NCBI GenBank assembly: GCA_037189525.1
Contig: JBBCJC010000001.1
Span: forward strand, 256,001 to 320,000
From: Gemmatimonadales bacterium
GTDB lineage: Bacteria > Gemmatimonadota > Gemmatimonadetes > Gemmatimonadales > GWC2-71-9
Length of the DNA: 64,000 nt
Direction of reading: 5' to 3'
Position 1 is the first letter of the stretch, and the number at the start of each line of letters is the position of its first letter. Of this stretch, positions 10,094-19,409 are shown piece by piece. The translations under genes were made by a program, and so were the position numbers. The notes under the pieces are model-generated. The model saw only the letters and a program-made list of their open reading frames with translations, was not told where the DNA came from and ran no database searches.

Positions 10094-11077
10094 TCAGAAG
10101 AGGGTCACATCCCCGAGATCGCGCGGCTTGAGCACCCACCCGCCACCCAGCCGGGGTACCAGGACCCCGCGCGCAGTGACCTGGCGCCCGGGAACGAACG
10201 CAGGACGAGGGAAGTTGAGATTGGCATCGAGCAGCAGCACTACGCGCCCGCTGCCGTCGTCGATACCCACCGCGAAATCCGGTTGGACCGTGGCCGTGTC
10301 GACGATCGGAACCGAAATCACCTGCACCAGGTCCGCATCGAGCGAACCGTTGGACGCGGCCGCCGCCACCCCGGTCGACAGAATCCGCGGCAACGGCGCC
10401 GGACGCTGGCCGAAACGGGCAATGATAGCACTACTGAGCGTGACCTGTCCCTCGCGACTCGACACCACACCGAGCACGCTGACGCTGTCGCCGGGGCTGT
10501 TGCCCGCCAGGCCGCCACGCAGGGTCACGTCGGTGAGCCGAATGGCGCCGGAACTGTCGGACAGGTGCGAGGTGGTGTCGCGGAACGACTGGACACCCGC
10601 CAGGATCACACCACGCAGGAAAATGCGGCGGCCGGGCGCCGTCGCGCGCGCCTCGCGCACCGTCAGCCCCGGATAGGCAAGGCGGATCTCCACCTGCACA
10701 GAATCTTCCCCTCGGCTCAGCCTCGGCTGCTCGTTGTCGATCACCGCCACGAAGACCGAGTCGCCCAATCCGCCCGCCGCGACGGCGAGCATGTACTCGC
10801 CGAACGCCAGGTCGCCGAAGCGGGCCCGGCCCTGCGCATCGGACGTGACGGTACGGACCGTGTCGCCGCCGCGCGTGAGCAGCGCCACACGGGCGCCCGG
10901 ATAGGACGTGTCGAGCGTCGTGCGGGTCTGCGAACCGTCGGTATCGAGATAGAGGGATACCCTGAGCACGCCGGTGGCTTCATCGGGGAAGCCGCGATCG
11001 ACACCGGCATTATCACACCCGGCCGCCAGGGCCACACCGGCCACGGCCGCGAATCGGAACGAACGAGAGAGACGCAT
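10094..11077 (-). CDS. Lipoprotein with a prealbumin/CnaB-like N-domain and probable OB-fold repeats
   Basis: Lipobox LAAG-C; TSDAQGRARFGDL..GEY; D.SGAIRL / DDGSGRVV..G..VTARGVL...KPR; 3 nt after the TonB receptor stop. Confidence 0.65.
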   Translation of the reverse strand: MRLSRSFRFAAVAGVALAAGCDNAGVDRGFPDEATGVLRVSLYLDTDGSQTRTTLDTSYPGARVALLTRGGDTVRTVTSDAQGRARFGDLAFGEYMLAVAAGGLGDSVFVAVIDNEQPRLSRGEDSVQVEIRLAYPGLTVREARATAPGRRIFLRGVILAGVQSFRDTTSHLSDSSGAIRLTDVTLRGGLAGNSPGDSVSVLGVVSSREGQVTLSSAIIARFGQRPAPLPRILSTGVAAAASNGSLDADLVQVISVPIVDTATVQPDFAVGIDDGSGRVVLLLDANLNFPRPAFVPGRQVTARGVLVPRLGGGWVLKPRDLGDVTLF

Positions 11078-11080
11078 CGG

Positions 11081-14000
11081 TCAGTACTCCAGGCGCAGGC
11101 CGACCCGAATGCTGCGAGGATCGCCTCGCCGGGCCAGAAGAGAACCGAAGTTGGGGTTCGCGATGAGAGGCAGGTTCACGACGCCGGAGCCTCCCGACCC
11201 GATCGAGCCCGCCGGATCGATCAGCACCAGAGCGCGATCGACGACGCCCGTCTCGGTCGCCACCAGATTGAAGGCATCGACCGTCAGGGCCAGCCGATCG
11301 CCGAGCGCACCGACCGGCAACCCGACCGACAAGCTCAGGTCGAGGGCCTGGTGCGTCTTTTCCCGGCAGCTGTTCCGAAGTGCGAAGCTACCGTTGATTC
11401 CGCCGTCGCAGCTGGCGCCGCGCAGCGCGACATCGAGGCCGCTCACCGCACTCGCCAGATAGGCCGGATCATTTCGCCCGGACCCGTCGCCATTGACGTC
11501 CACACCGGCACGGAACCCCGGCGTGAAGGGGAGACCCGATCGCACCCGGTAGCGCGCCGAAACCGTCAGCGGGTTGCGGCCGCCGCTCGACACGCGAAGC
11601 TGCGCAAAACCGCGATGTGGGACGTCGAAGTCCGACCGTCCATTCGACCAATCAGCCCCGTTCAACCCTTCCGGGAACGGATTGAGCTGATCGGTCGGAT
11701 CGGCCGACCGGGCGCCGATCAGATTGTCTTCCGTCTTCGAGAACGTGTACGACGCCACCAGCGCCACCCGACCGCTCAGCCGCTGCTCGAGCAGAGCGCC
11801 GACCTCGTAGTAGTCGACAAAACCGGTGGGAGAGAGTCCGCTGACGAGATCGAAATCGGCGAAACGGCGATTGGACCCGGGGGCGGCAACCACGAGGCCG
11901 CCCTGTTGGATCAGCGAACCGTAGAGAGGACGCCCTTCCTGGGTCGCTCCGACCGCCGTCTGGAAACGATTCAGATCCTCCCGCCGGAGGAGATAATCGG
12001 TATGGTGATACGCGCCGGAGAGGTGGAGTGTACCCGTCCCGATCCGGCGGCTGATCCCGAAGTCGAACTTGGCGGTGCGCGGCGACCGGATCGTCGAATT
12101 GAGCATCGTCAGGCGGGTACCCGCATCCGGCGCGGCGGCCGCATCCGGCAGCGCCGGCCAGGCTGCAAAACTGCCCACGCCGCGGCGCACGGTCACGTCG
12201 CGATCGAACAGCATGGCTTCGGCAAACGCGGCGCGGTCGATCGGCGCGGCATGGAGACCACCGCCACCCCGAACGACCCACTCACCCCAGTTCTGCACGT
12301 CCCAGACGAACCCGACGCGCGGCGACACGTGGATGCCATTCTTATAGACGGAATCCCGCGAGACGGTCCCGGCCTCCCAGGCGGGATCGACCGCGAGCTT
12401 CTCGACGGGCAGGGTAAAGCGGTCGATCCGCGCCCCCATCAGCAACTGCAATTCTGGCGACACCAGCCAGGTATTCTGGAGAAAGGCGCCGATCTGCGCC
12501 GTGCTGAATCGGGCGGCCTCCGAGGGGCCGACGACCTGCGAGAAGACGCCCTGCCCCACACCGAATCCGTCGACCGATCCGAAGAGGAACGATCCGCTTG
12601 CTCCGTAGCGATAGTCCTGGGTGTAGTCCAAGACGCTAACGCCGCCACCCAGCTTGATGCGATGCGCACCAGCCTCGATCTGAAAGGCCGTCGTCGCTTC
12701 GAACGCCTTCTGATCGAACAGGGCGGGCAGTCCCTCGGACCGTCCGAAGGCCGCACCATTGCTCACGATCGAGGTTCCCGGCAGCGCCGAGCTGCCATAC
12801 TCGCGCCGAGCCAGGTTGAAACCGACCCGTAACTCGTTCGAGAGCGTGCCACCGCTGCTGGTCAGCGAGAGCGCCGCCGATGCATCGCGCGCGGCAAGCG
12901 CGCTGCCGGCGCCGGAGACGAGATCGTCTCCCAGGACAAAGGCTCGTTCTTTCCAGCTTGCCAGGCCGGCACGCACCGACACCTGATGGACGCTGCCAAG
13001 CCGCCAATCGACTCGGCCGGCGCCACTGCCGCCCTTCCAGGTCCGCACCGAGGGCGCCACCAGTCCCCCGATGGTCGTTCCGAACGAATCGGCCGCAATC
13101 GCGGGCAGGACCTCCCGGAGCGAAACCGCCTGCCCCCGGTACGTCGCATCATCCTGCGACCACGGCAACGCGGTGGGTGTTTCCACCGACTGATAATCGA
13201 AGCGCAGCGCGAAGTGCGCCGTATCGCGAACGATCGGTCCGCTCATGAAGGCGCCGGCCCGCAGGGTCAGCGCCGCGCTGTCGGCAGGATTGTCGAGCGC
13301 GCGGCTGCCCAGCGCACCGGAACTGGCGCTGACGTAGGGCTGGAAGAGGAATCGGTTTCCGCCGCGGCGGGTCTGTGCAGCAATCGTCGGCCCGAGCGAG
13401 CTGCGCCACTCGACGTCGACCGGGGCGCTGAGCAGCGTCACCTGGTCGAGTCCGTCGCGCGCAAAGACCGGCGAGACCGCCGGCTGGTCCGGCCACCCCG
13501 GATGGGCCAGCGAGCCCTCCGACACGCCGTCGACGACCAGCCGGGTCCGTCCCCCGGGCAAACCGCCGCCCGCGAGTGCCAGACCCGGCCGTCCATCGAC
13601 CGGAGCGAGCAGCTCCGTCAGGTTGCCGCCCAAATCCGACAGATCACGGCGGCCCTCATGCGAGGTCAACTCCGCCCGACTGACCAGGCGCGCCCGCGCC
13701 ATCCCGGACGGCGTGGCCGGCTCGACCTGCTCCTCCACCGCCACGATGGGCGGAGGACGCCGCTCGAGCACCACGCGAATCGCCGTCTGTTGGCCAGCGG
13801 CAACCGTCACCCCGACGCGGCGGATCGGCTGAAATCCGACCTGCTCGACCAAAACCCGGTACTCACCGGCCGCCACCAGTTGCAATGCGAAGGTACCGTT
13901 GAACCCGGTCTGAAATACCCCGACCGCGCCCCCGGTGGCCGTTTCAATCGTGATCTGCGCCCCGTTGATCGGGCCGCCATCGACGCCGACGACGACACCC

Positions 14001-14113
14001 TGCAACGATCCCGACGTCAGGCTCTGTGCGGCAAGGGGCACCGCCAAGCCGGTCATGGCCAACCACACCGCGAGCCGGACCCGAACGATCTTCCAGCGCT
14101 GGGACAGAGACAT
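11081..14113 (-). CDS. TonB-dependent receptor, Oar-like, with carboxypeptidase-regulatory-like N-domain
   Basis: Signal peptide; GSLQGVV..DGGPINGA; SPRVGFVWD; GRSDFDVPHR; C-terminal RVGLRLEY. Confidence 0.85.
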   Translation of the reverse strand: MSLSQRWKIVRVRLAVWLAMTGLAVPLAAQSLTSGSLQGVVVGVDGGPINGAQITIETATGGAVGVFQTGFNGTFALQLVAAGEYRVLVEQVGFQPIRRVGVTVAAGQQTAIRVVLERRPPPIVAVEEQVEPATPSGMARARLVSRAELTSHEGRRDLSDLGGNLTELLAPVDGRPGLALAGGGLPGGRTRLVVDGVSEGSLAHPGWPDQPAVSPVFARDGLDQVTLLSAPVDVEWRSSLGPTIAAQTRRGGNRFLFQPYVSASSGALGSRALDNPADSAALTLRAGAFMSGPIVRDTAHFALRFDYQSVETPTALPWSQDDATYRGQAVSLREVLPAIAADSFGTTIGGLVAPSVRTWKGGSGAGRVDWRLGSVHQVSVRAGLASWKERAFVLGDDLVSGAGSALAARDASAALSLTSSGGTLSNELRVGFNLARREYGSSALPGTSIVSNGAAFGRSEGLPALFDQKAFEATTAFQIEAGAHRIKLGGGVSVLDYTQDYRYGASGSFLFGSVDGFGVGQGVFSQVVGPSEAARFSTAQIGAFLQNTWLVSPELQLLMGARIDRFTLPVEKLAVDPAWEAGTVSRDSVYKNGIHVSPRVGFVWDVQNWGEWVVRGGGGLHAAPIDRAAFAEAMLFDRDVTVRRGVGSFAAWPALPDAAAAPDAGTRLTMLNSTIRSPRTAKFDFGISRRIGTGTLHLSGAYHHTDYLLRREDLNRFQTAVGATQEGRPLYGSLIQQGGLVVAAPGSNRRFADFDLVSGLSPTGFVDYYEVGALLEQRLSGRVALVASYTFSKTEDNLIGARSADPTDQLNPFPEGLNGADWSNGRSDFDVPHRGFAQLRVSSGGRNPLTVSARYRVRSGLPFTPGFRAGVDVNGDGSGRNDPAYLASAVSGLDVALRGASCDGGINGSFALRNSCREKTHQALDLSLSVGLPVGALGDRLALTVDAFNLVATETGVVDRALVLIDPAGSIGSGGSGVVNLPLIANPNFGSLLARRGDPRSIRVGLRLEY

Positions 14114-14178
14114 AGCGTTCCTAAGGATGTCTGGTACTCGTTCCGGACAATGGCATTGCCCTAGAGCCAACAATTATC

Positions 14179-14194
14179 TGCAGAAGCAATGCCA
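14179..14194 (-). promoter_or_regulatory. Candidate sigma54 promoter of the TonB receptor operon
   Basis: Minus strand TGGCATTGCTTCTGCA (GG-N10-GC), 65 nt upstream of ATG 14113. Confidence 0.55.
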
Positions 14195-14246
14195 CAGGAA
14201 CCCGATCGCCTGTTGCACGCTCAACGCACAGTAGCCACCATCAATC

Positions 14247-14262
14247 GTTGCGTCAACGCAAC
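14247..14262. promoter_or_regulatory. Palindrome GTTGCGT-CA-ACGCAAC, possible enhancer/operator
   Basis: Perfect 7-bp inverted repeat in the divergent intergenic region. Confidence 0.4.
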
Positions 14263-14335
14263 ATGCGGCGTGCCCCGATGCGACATCCACACCCCCCGTC
14301 CGGACCCGCCGATGGCGAGTTAGAATACCTCTCTC

Positions 14336-15598
14336 ATGCGCGCCCTGACGTTTCGAAGCCGGGTTTCCCTCGTGCTGCTCCTGCTCGGAGCGCCGTCGGC
14401 TTTTGCCCTGCTCGGATGGGCCTACTCATCGCTCACCAGTAATCCGGGCGCCCCGGCCCAGATCGTCATCCAGCCCCTGCGGCAATCGGGACGCGATCTC
14501 TTCGCCACGCTCGATACCACCCGGCTCACCCCCGCCGAACACCAGGCCGTTCAGGCACATCGCGACGTGCTGAGCCGGCAGCTGGCCCTGTCGCAACGGG
14601 CCGAGTTCTATCAGAGCCGGCTGACCCGAGGGCTCGCCATCGTGCTGGCGGCCATCGGGTCGGTGCTGGTTGTGTTCGCGGCCCTGCTGGGCCACAATCT
14701 GGCCCGGCAGCTGAGCGAGCCGATCGACAACCTGGTCGGCTGGGCCGGCCGGATTCAGCGCAACGAACCCCTGCCCGACGATCCCCCCAAGGCCGGCGCA
14801 CCCGAGTTCGCCTCCCTCCGCACCGCGCTCCGCGATATGGCGGACGGGCTCTCGAAAGCCCGCCGAGCTGAGCTCGAGTCCGAACGCCTGCGGGCCTTCC
14901 GGGAAGTGGCCCGCCGGGTGGCGCACGAGATGAAGAATCCGCTCACCCCGATCCGTTTCGCGGTGTCCTCGCTGGGCCGGACCGCCACCAATGATCAGGA
15001 GGAAGCGCTCGACGTGCTCCGGGCCGAATCGACCCGACTGGAACAACTGGCCCGGGATTTTGCCAATCTGGGCCGGCTCCCCGAGGGGCCACCGGCCGAG
15101 GTGGACCTGGGCGAATTGCTGAACGAGTTGCTCCGCACCTCGCTGCCGGAAACGGTCGAGGGACACCTCTGGGTCGACCCCGCGACGCCGCACGTGACCG
15201 GTCACTACGATTCGCTCCGGCGCGCGCTGGCCAATCTGCTGCGGAATGCCTCGGAGGCCATGCACGGCGAGGGCCGCATCGACGTGACGATCCGTCCATG
15301 GGATGGCGGGGTTCGTGTGTCAATCGCGGACCAGGGGCCCGGCATTGCCCGAGAGAAGCGCAGCCGGATCTTCGAGCCCTATTTCACGGAAAAAGCCGAC
15401 GGCACGGGACTCGGCCTGGCGATCGTCAAGCAGGCCATCGATCTCCACCAGGGCACCATCGACGTTGGAGAAACCGAGGGCGGCGGCGCCACCATGGTGA
15501 TCTGGCTGCCGCTGACCTCGGAAAGCGCCCGGGCGCGACCGGCCGACCGACCATTCGTAGAACGCCGTGTGGCCGACCGGCGAAGGAACTGGCGATGA
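14336..15598 (+). CDS. Sensor histidine kinase, NtrY-like (2 TM, HAMP, HisKA, HATPase)
   Basis: VAHEMKNPLTPI H-box, NLLRNA, DQGPGI, FEPYFT, GTGLGL. Confidence 0.95.
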   Translation: MRALTFRSRVSLVLLLLGAPSAFALLGWAYSSLTSNPGAPAQIVIQPLRQSGRDLFATLDTTRLTPAEHQAVQAHRDVLSRQLALSQRAEFYQSRLTRGLAIVLAAIGSVLVVFAALLGHNLARQLSEPIDNLVGWAGRIQRNEPLPDDPPKAGAPEFASLRTALRDMADGLSKARRAELESERLRAFREVARRVAHEMKNPLTPIRFAVSSLGRTATNDQEEALDVLRAESTRLEQLARDFANLGRLPEGPPAEVDLGELLNELLRTSLPETVEGHLWVDPATPHVTGHYDSLRRALANLLRNASEAMHGEGRIDVTIRPWDGGVRVSIADQGPGIAREKRSRIFEPYFTEKADGTGLGLAIVKQAIDLHQGTIDVGETEGGGATMVIWLPLTSESARARPADRPFVERRVADRRRNWR

Positions 15599-16971
15599 CG
15601 ACACGCATTCTGATCGTCGATGACGAGGCCAACATCCGGCGCATGCTTGGTGCGCTGCTCAAGGCCGAAGGATTCGACGTGGCCGAGGCTCCCAATGGCA
15701 ACGCGGCGCTGCTGACGCTGGACGAGGTCCGCCCGGACGCCATCCTGCTCGACCTGATGATGCCGCCCGGCCCCGACGGGATCGAGACGCTGGCCTCGAT
15801 CCGGGACCGCGACCCCGTCACCCCGGTCATCATGATGAGCGGCAAAGCGCAGCTGACGGACGCGGTGCGCGCCATCAAACACGGCGCCTTCCAGTTTCTG
15901 GAAAAGCCGCTGACCCCGGAAGCCGTGCTGGTGACGATCCGCTCCGCCCTGGAGCTGACCCGCACCCAGGCCGAGAACCGGGTCCTCAAATCGCAGCTGT
16001 CGCGGACCCGGGCCGAACTGATCGGGACCACGGCGGAAATGCAGCGGGTCCGCGCCGCCGTGACCCAGGTGGCCCCCACCGAAGCCCGGGTGCTGATCCT
16101 CGGCGAATCGGGCACCGGCAAGGAACTGGTTGCCAACGCGATCCATGCCGCGAGTCGGCGGGGGGGCCGCCCCATCGTATCGGTGAACTGCGCCGCCATT
16201 CCGCGCGACCTGGTCGAGAGCGAGATGTTCGGCCACGAGCGGGGCGCCTTTACCGGCGCGGTGGAACGCCGGATGGGCCGCTTCGAAATGGCCGACGGCG
16301 GCACCCTGTTCCTGGACGAGGTGGGCGACCTCAACCTCGAAGCCCAGGCCAAGCTGCTTCGCGTCCTCGAAACCGGCGAGATCCAACGGCTCGGCGCCGA
16401 GCGCGTCAAGCGGGTCGACGTGCGAATCGTCTCCGCCACCAATCAGCGGCTCGACGAAGCCGTAGCGGCCGGCACCTTTCGCGAGGATCTCTTTTTCCGG
16501 CTCAACGTCTTCCCGATCGAATTGCCACCGCTCCGCCATCGGCTCGACGATCTGCCGGACCTGGTCCGCTACCTGGCCGATCGCCTCCGGGGGCACCTGG
16601 CGCCGACCTTCACCACCGACGCCCTGGCGCTCCTGGGCTCGTACCACTGGCCCGGCAACATCCGCGAACTGGCCAACGTGGTCGAACGGTTGTCCATCAT
16701 CGGCGGCGCCGAGATCGACTCGGCGTCGGTCCGTCAGGTCCTGCCGCGAACGGCGCCGAAGGTCGAAGGGCACACCGGTCCCGACCATCCGTTCGGCCTG
16801 CCCGGCGACCATCAGGGCCGCTCGCTCTCGAACCTGCTCGACGACTACGAGCGCGCCCTGGTCCAGGACGCGCTGGCCCGCGCCTCGGGCAACGTGGCCG
16901 AAGCCGCGCGGGCGCTGCAGACCGACCGGGCCAATCTCTATCGCCGGATGAAACGGTTGGGGCTCTCATGA
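15595..16971 (+). CDS. Sigma54-dependent response regulator, NtrC/NtrX family
   Basis: REC (ILIVDDE, LLDLMMP), GESGTGKE, intact GAFTGA, FLDEVG, WPGNIREL, C-terminal Fis-type HTH; ATGA overlap. Confidence 0.95.
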   Translation: MTTRILIVDDEANIRRMLGALLKAEGFDVAEAPNGNAALLTLDEVRPDAILLDLMMPPGPDGIETLASIRDRDPVTPVIMMSGKAQLTDAVRAIKHGAFQFLEKPLTPEAVLVTIRSALELTRTQAENRVLKSQLSRTRAELIGTTAEMQRVRAAVTQVAPTEARVLILGESGTGKELVANAIHAASRRGGRPIVSVNCAAIPRDLVESEMFGHERGAFTGAVERRMGRFEMADGGTLFLDEVGDLNLEAQAKLLRVLETGEIQRLGAERVKRVDVRIVSATNQRLDEAVAAGTFREDLFFRLNVFPIELPPLRHRLDDLPDLVRYLADRLRGHLAPTFTTDALALLGSYHWPGNIRELANVVERLSIIGGAEIDSASVRQVLPRTAPKVEGHTGPDHPFGLPGDHQGRSLSNLLDDYERALVQDALARASGNVAEAARALQTDRANLYRRMKRLGLS

Positions 16972-18719
16972 GCGGCCGCCTCCGCTGGCTCCGCATCGGC
17001 GCGCTCCTGCTGGCGCTATTATGCCCGGCGCGCGCCGCGCTGGCCCAGGACAGCGTGGTGGTGATCCACCCCGACGCCGTCGACGAGCCCGCGGAAGGCG
17101 CGCTGCCGCCCGAAGTGGTGCAGCAGCTGATCAACGCCTACAACGACAGCACCACGACGCGCCTGGCGAGCAGCTTTACCCTTCCCGCCGGCGCCCGGAT
17201 GGAAGGGCGGATCGCGATGTACCGGGGCACCCTCCGGGTGCTCGGCCGGATCGACGGTCCGGTCACCGTCATCAACGGCGATCTGATCATCGGGCCGGGC
17301 GGCACGGTGCGCGGTTCGGTACTGGTGGTCGGCGGACGGATCTACGTCCGCGATGGCGGCCGGCTCGACGGCGACCAGAAAACCTATGATGCGCTGGCCG
17401 CGGTGTACCGGATGCCTAACGGCCTGCTGGTGCTTCGCGAACGCCGCCGGCCGCTCGGTGAGCTGGCGGCCGCCCACACCGAGTTCCAGACCGGCGCCCT
17501 CAACACCCGGCTGACCCTGGAAACCGGCAAGACCTACAATCGGGTCGAAGGTCTCCCGATCGTCTTCGGACCGACCTTCCGAAGCGAGGGCAGCCCCGGA
17601 CTCGATGTCCAGCTCGACGTCCGCGGCATTTTCCGCCCGGCGACCGACCGCACCAAGCTGCGCGACAACATCGGATTCCGGATCGCGACCGAATGGCAGA
17701 TCGGCAGCGACCGTCGCTGGCTCCGCATCGGTGGTCGCGCCTCCCGGGAAATCGTCTCGATCGAGCAGCAGCCGCTGACCCGGGGCGAATCGGGCTGGTC
17801 GGCGTTCCTGCTCCAGCGCGACTACCGCGACCACTTCGAGACCCGCGGATTCGAGGGATACCTGACCGTCGAGCCCCTCTCCCGCTTGCAGCTGAGCTAC
17901 GGGCTGCGCAGCGACCTGGAACGCTCGGTCCCGGCCAGCGACCCGGTCTCGGTCTTCCGGAATCGGGATACCTGGCGACCCAACCCGCTGATCGACGACG
18001 GCCACTATCTGACCCACCGGCTGGGCCTGTCGTACGACACGCGCAACGATCCCGCCGACCCGTCCAACGGCTGGCTGGTGTCGGCCCACTACGAGCGGAG
18101 CCACACCGACGACGCTTCGCCGGTGTCGCTGCCCGCGGCCGTTCGGCCGCCGATCCTGCCCGGCCGCTATCAGTTTGCCACGCTGGCGTTCGACATCCGC
18201 CGCTACGCGCGGTTCGACCCCAAGAGCCGGGTCAACGCCCGCCTGGTGGGCGCCGGGTGGGTCGACGGGGATCCGCTGCCGATTCAGCGCCGGGTCTCCC
18301 TGGGCGGTCCCGACATCCTCCCCGGCTTCGGATTTCGCGCCCAGAATTGCGCGCCCCAGGGATTCGTCGACCCCACGCAAGCTGCGCTGTGCGACCGGAT
18401 GCTGGCCCTGCAACTCGAGGTCCGGCGCAACCTGCCCTTGCCGCTGCCGCTCCGGCTCCGGAACGCCGACCTGGCCATGCTGCAGCAGTTGCTCGGCATC
18501 CAGCAGGCGGACCTGGTCCTGCTCGGCAATGTCGGCAAGGCATGGCTGTCGGGTGAAGGACCGGGCCGAGTGCCCAACAACCGGATTCCACGCTTCGACG
18601 AGTGGGATGCGGATGTGGGGGTCGGGATCGATGCGGGCGGACTCGCGGTCTACCTGGCCAAACCGCTCGCGGTGAACGACAAGTTCCGCGTCATCCTGCG
18701 ACTCGAGCGGCGTTTCTGA
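16968..18719 (+). CDS. Outer-membrane protein: bactofilin-like beta-helix N-region plus Omp85/surface-antigen-like barrel
   Basis: Signal peptide; GRIDGPVTVINGDLIIG..GTVRGSVLVVGG; TYNRVEGL; YDTRND...SNGW; LGG...LPGF; ends in LERRF. Confidence 0.7.
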   Translation: MSGRLRWLRIGALLLALLCPARAALAQDSVVVIHPDAVDEPAEGALPPEVVQQLINAYNDSTTTRLASSFTLPAGARMEGRIAMYRGTLRVLGRIDGPVTVINGDLIIGPGGTVRGSVLVVGGRIYVRDGGRLDGDQKTYDALAAVYRMPNGLLVLRERRRPLGELAAAHTEFQTGALNTRLTLETGKTYNRVEGLPIVFGPTFRSEGSPGLDVQLDVRGIFRPATDRTKLRDNIGFRIATEWQIGSDRRWLRIGGRASREIVSIEQQPLTRGESGWSAFLLQRDYRDHFETRGFEGYLTVEPLSRLQLSYGLRSDLERSVPASDPVSVFRNRDTWRPNPLIDDGHYLTHRLGLSYDTRNDPADPSNGWLVSAHYERSHTDDASPVSLPAAVRPPILPGRYQFATLAFDIRRYARFDPKSRVNARLVGAGWVDGDPLPIQRRVSLGGPDILPGFGFRAQNCAPQGFVDPTQAALCDRMLALQLEVRRNLPLPLPLRLRNADLAMLQQLLGIQQADLVLLGNVGKAWLSGEGPGRVPNNRIPRFDEWDADVGVGIDAGGLAVYLAKPLAVNDKFRVILRLERRF

Positions 18720-19402
18720 TGCGGCGTACGCTCCTCGCTCTGGCTCTCCTGGCCGTACCTGGCCTGGCCGCGCATGCCCAGGAAACGGGGCAGCGCCCGG
18801 CCGTCTCCCTCTCGATGGCGCTCGACTCGACGCTGCAGAGCAACGGGGCGCGGATGCCGATCGTCTATCTGCGCAATCTGCTGGTCGACGAGCGATGGAA
18901 CGAGGCGCTGGAGAAGTCGCTGCCGCTGATCGTGTCCTACACGATGCAGACCTGGCGGTCGCGCGACGGATGGATCGACGAGCTGGCGAGCGAGACGAGC
19001 TGGCAGACGATCGTAACGAAGGAGCCGCTGCAGGAGGAGTTCACGGTGACGCTGGTGGTCGCCAACCGCCGGCTGCGTCCGTCCCGGTTTGCCCTCCGCG
19101 AGGCCGCCGACCGCTACCTCAACCTGCCCCAGCGGATTGCGATTTACCCGAGGCGGGACGGGCGGTTCTACTACACGGTGTCGGCGCGGATCACGGCGCT
19201 ATCGGACCGGGACATCGACCAGTTGGAACGGTTCCTGGCCGGCGACCCGACGCTGGACATTCCCGAACCCGGTACGACGGTGGGACGAGGGATTCGGCGC
19301 TTCCTGCTCCGCCTGGCCGGCATGCCGAACCAGGTGCTGCAGGCACGCAGCGAGCAGTTTCAGGTCCAGCACGATGATGACGACGAGGACGATGCCCTCT
19401 GA
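18719..19402 (+). CDS. Exported protein, DUF4390-like
   Basis: Signal peptide; ALEKSLPLIVSY..QTWRSRDGWID; acidic tail; ATG overlaps the upstream TGA. Confidence 0.6.
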   Translation: MRRTLLALALLAVPGLAAHAQETGQRPAVSLSMALDSTLQSNGARMPIVYLRNLLVDERWNEALEKSLPLIVSYTMQTWRSRDGWIDELASETSWQTIVTKEPLQEEFTVTLVVANRRLRPSRFALREAADRYLNLPQRIAIYPRRDGRFYYTVSARITALSDRDIDQLERFLAGDPTLDIPEPGTTVGRGIRRFLLRLAGMPNQVLQARSEQFQVQHDDDDEDDAL

Positions 19403-19409
19403 GCACGGT

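Noticed and set aside
10004..12832. 942-aa plus-strand ORF, and similar long ORFs such as 23251-25488, 44411-46825, 46831-48900 and 49168-51345
   Set aside because: Antisense shadows of well-supported genes; Arg/Pro/Gly-rich with no motifs, as expected at high GC
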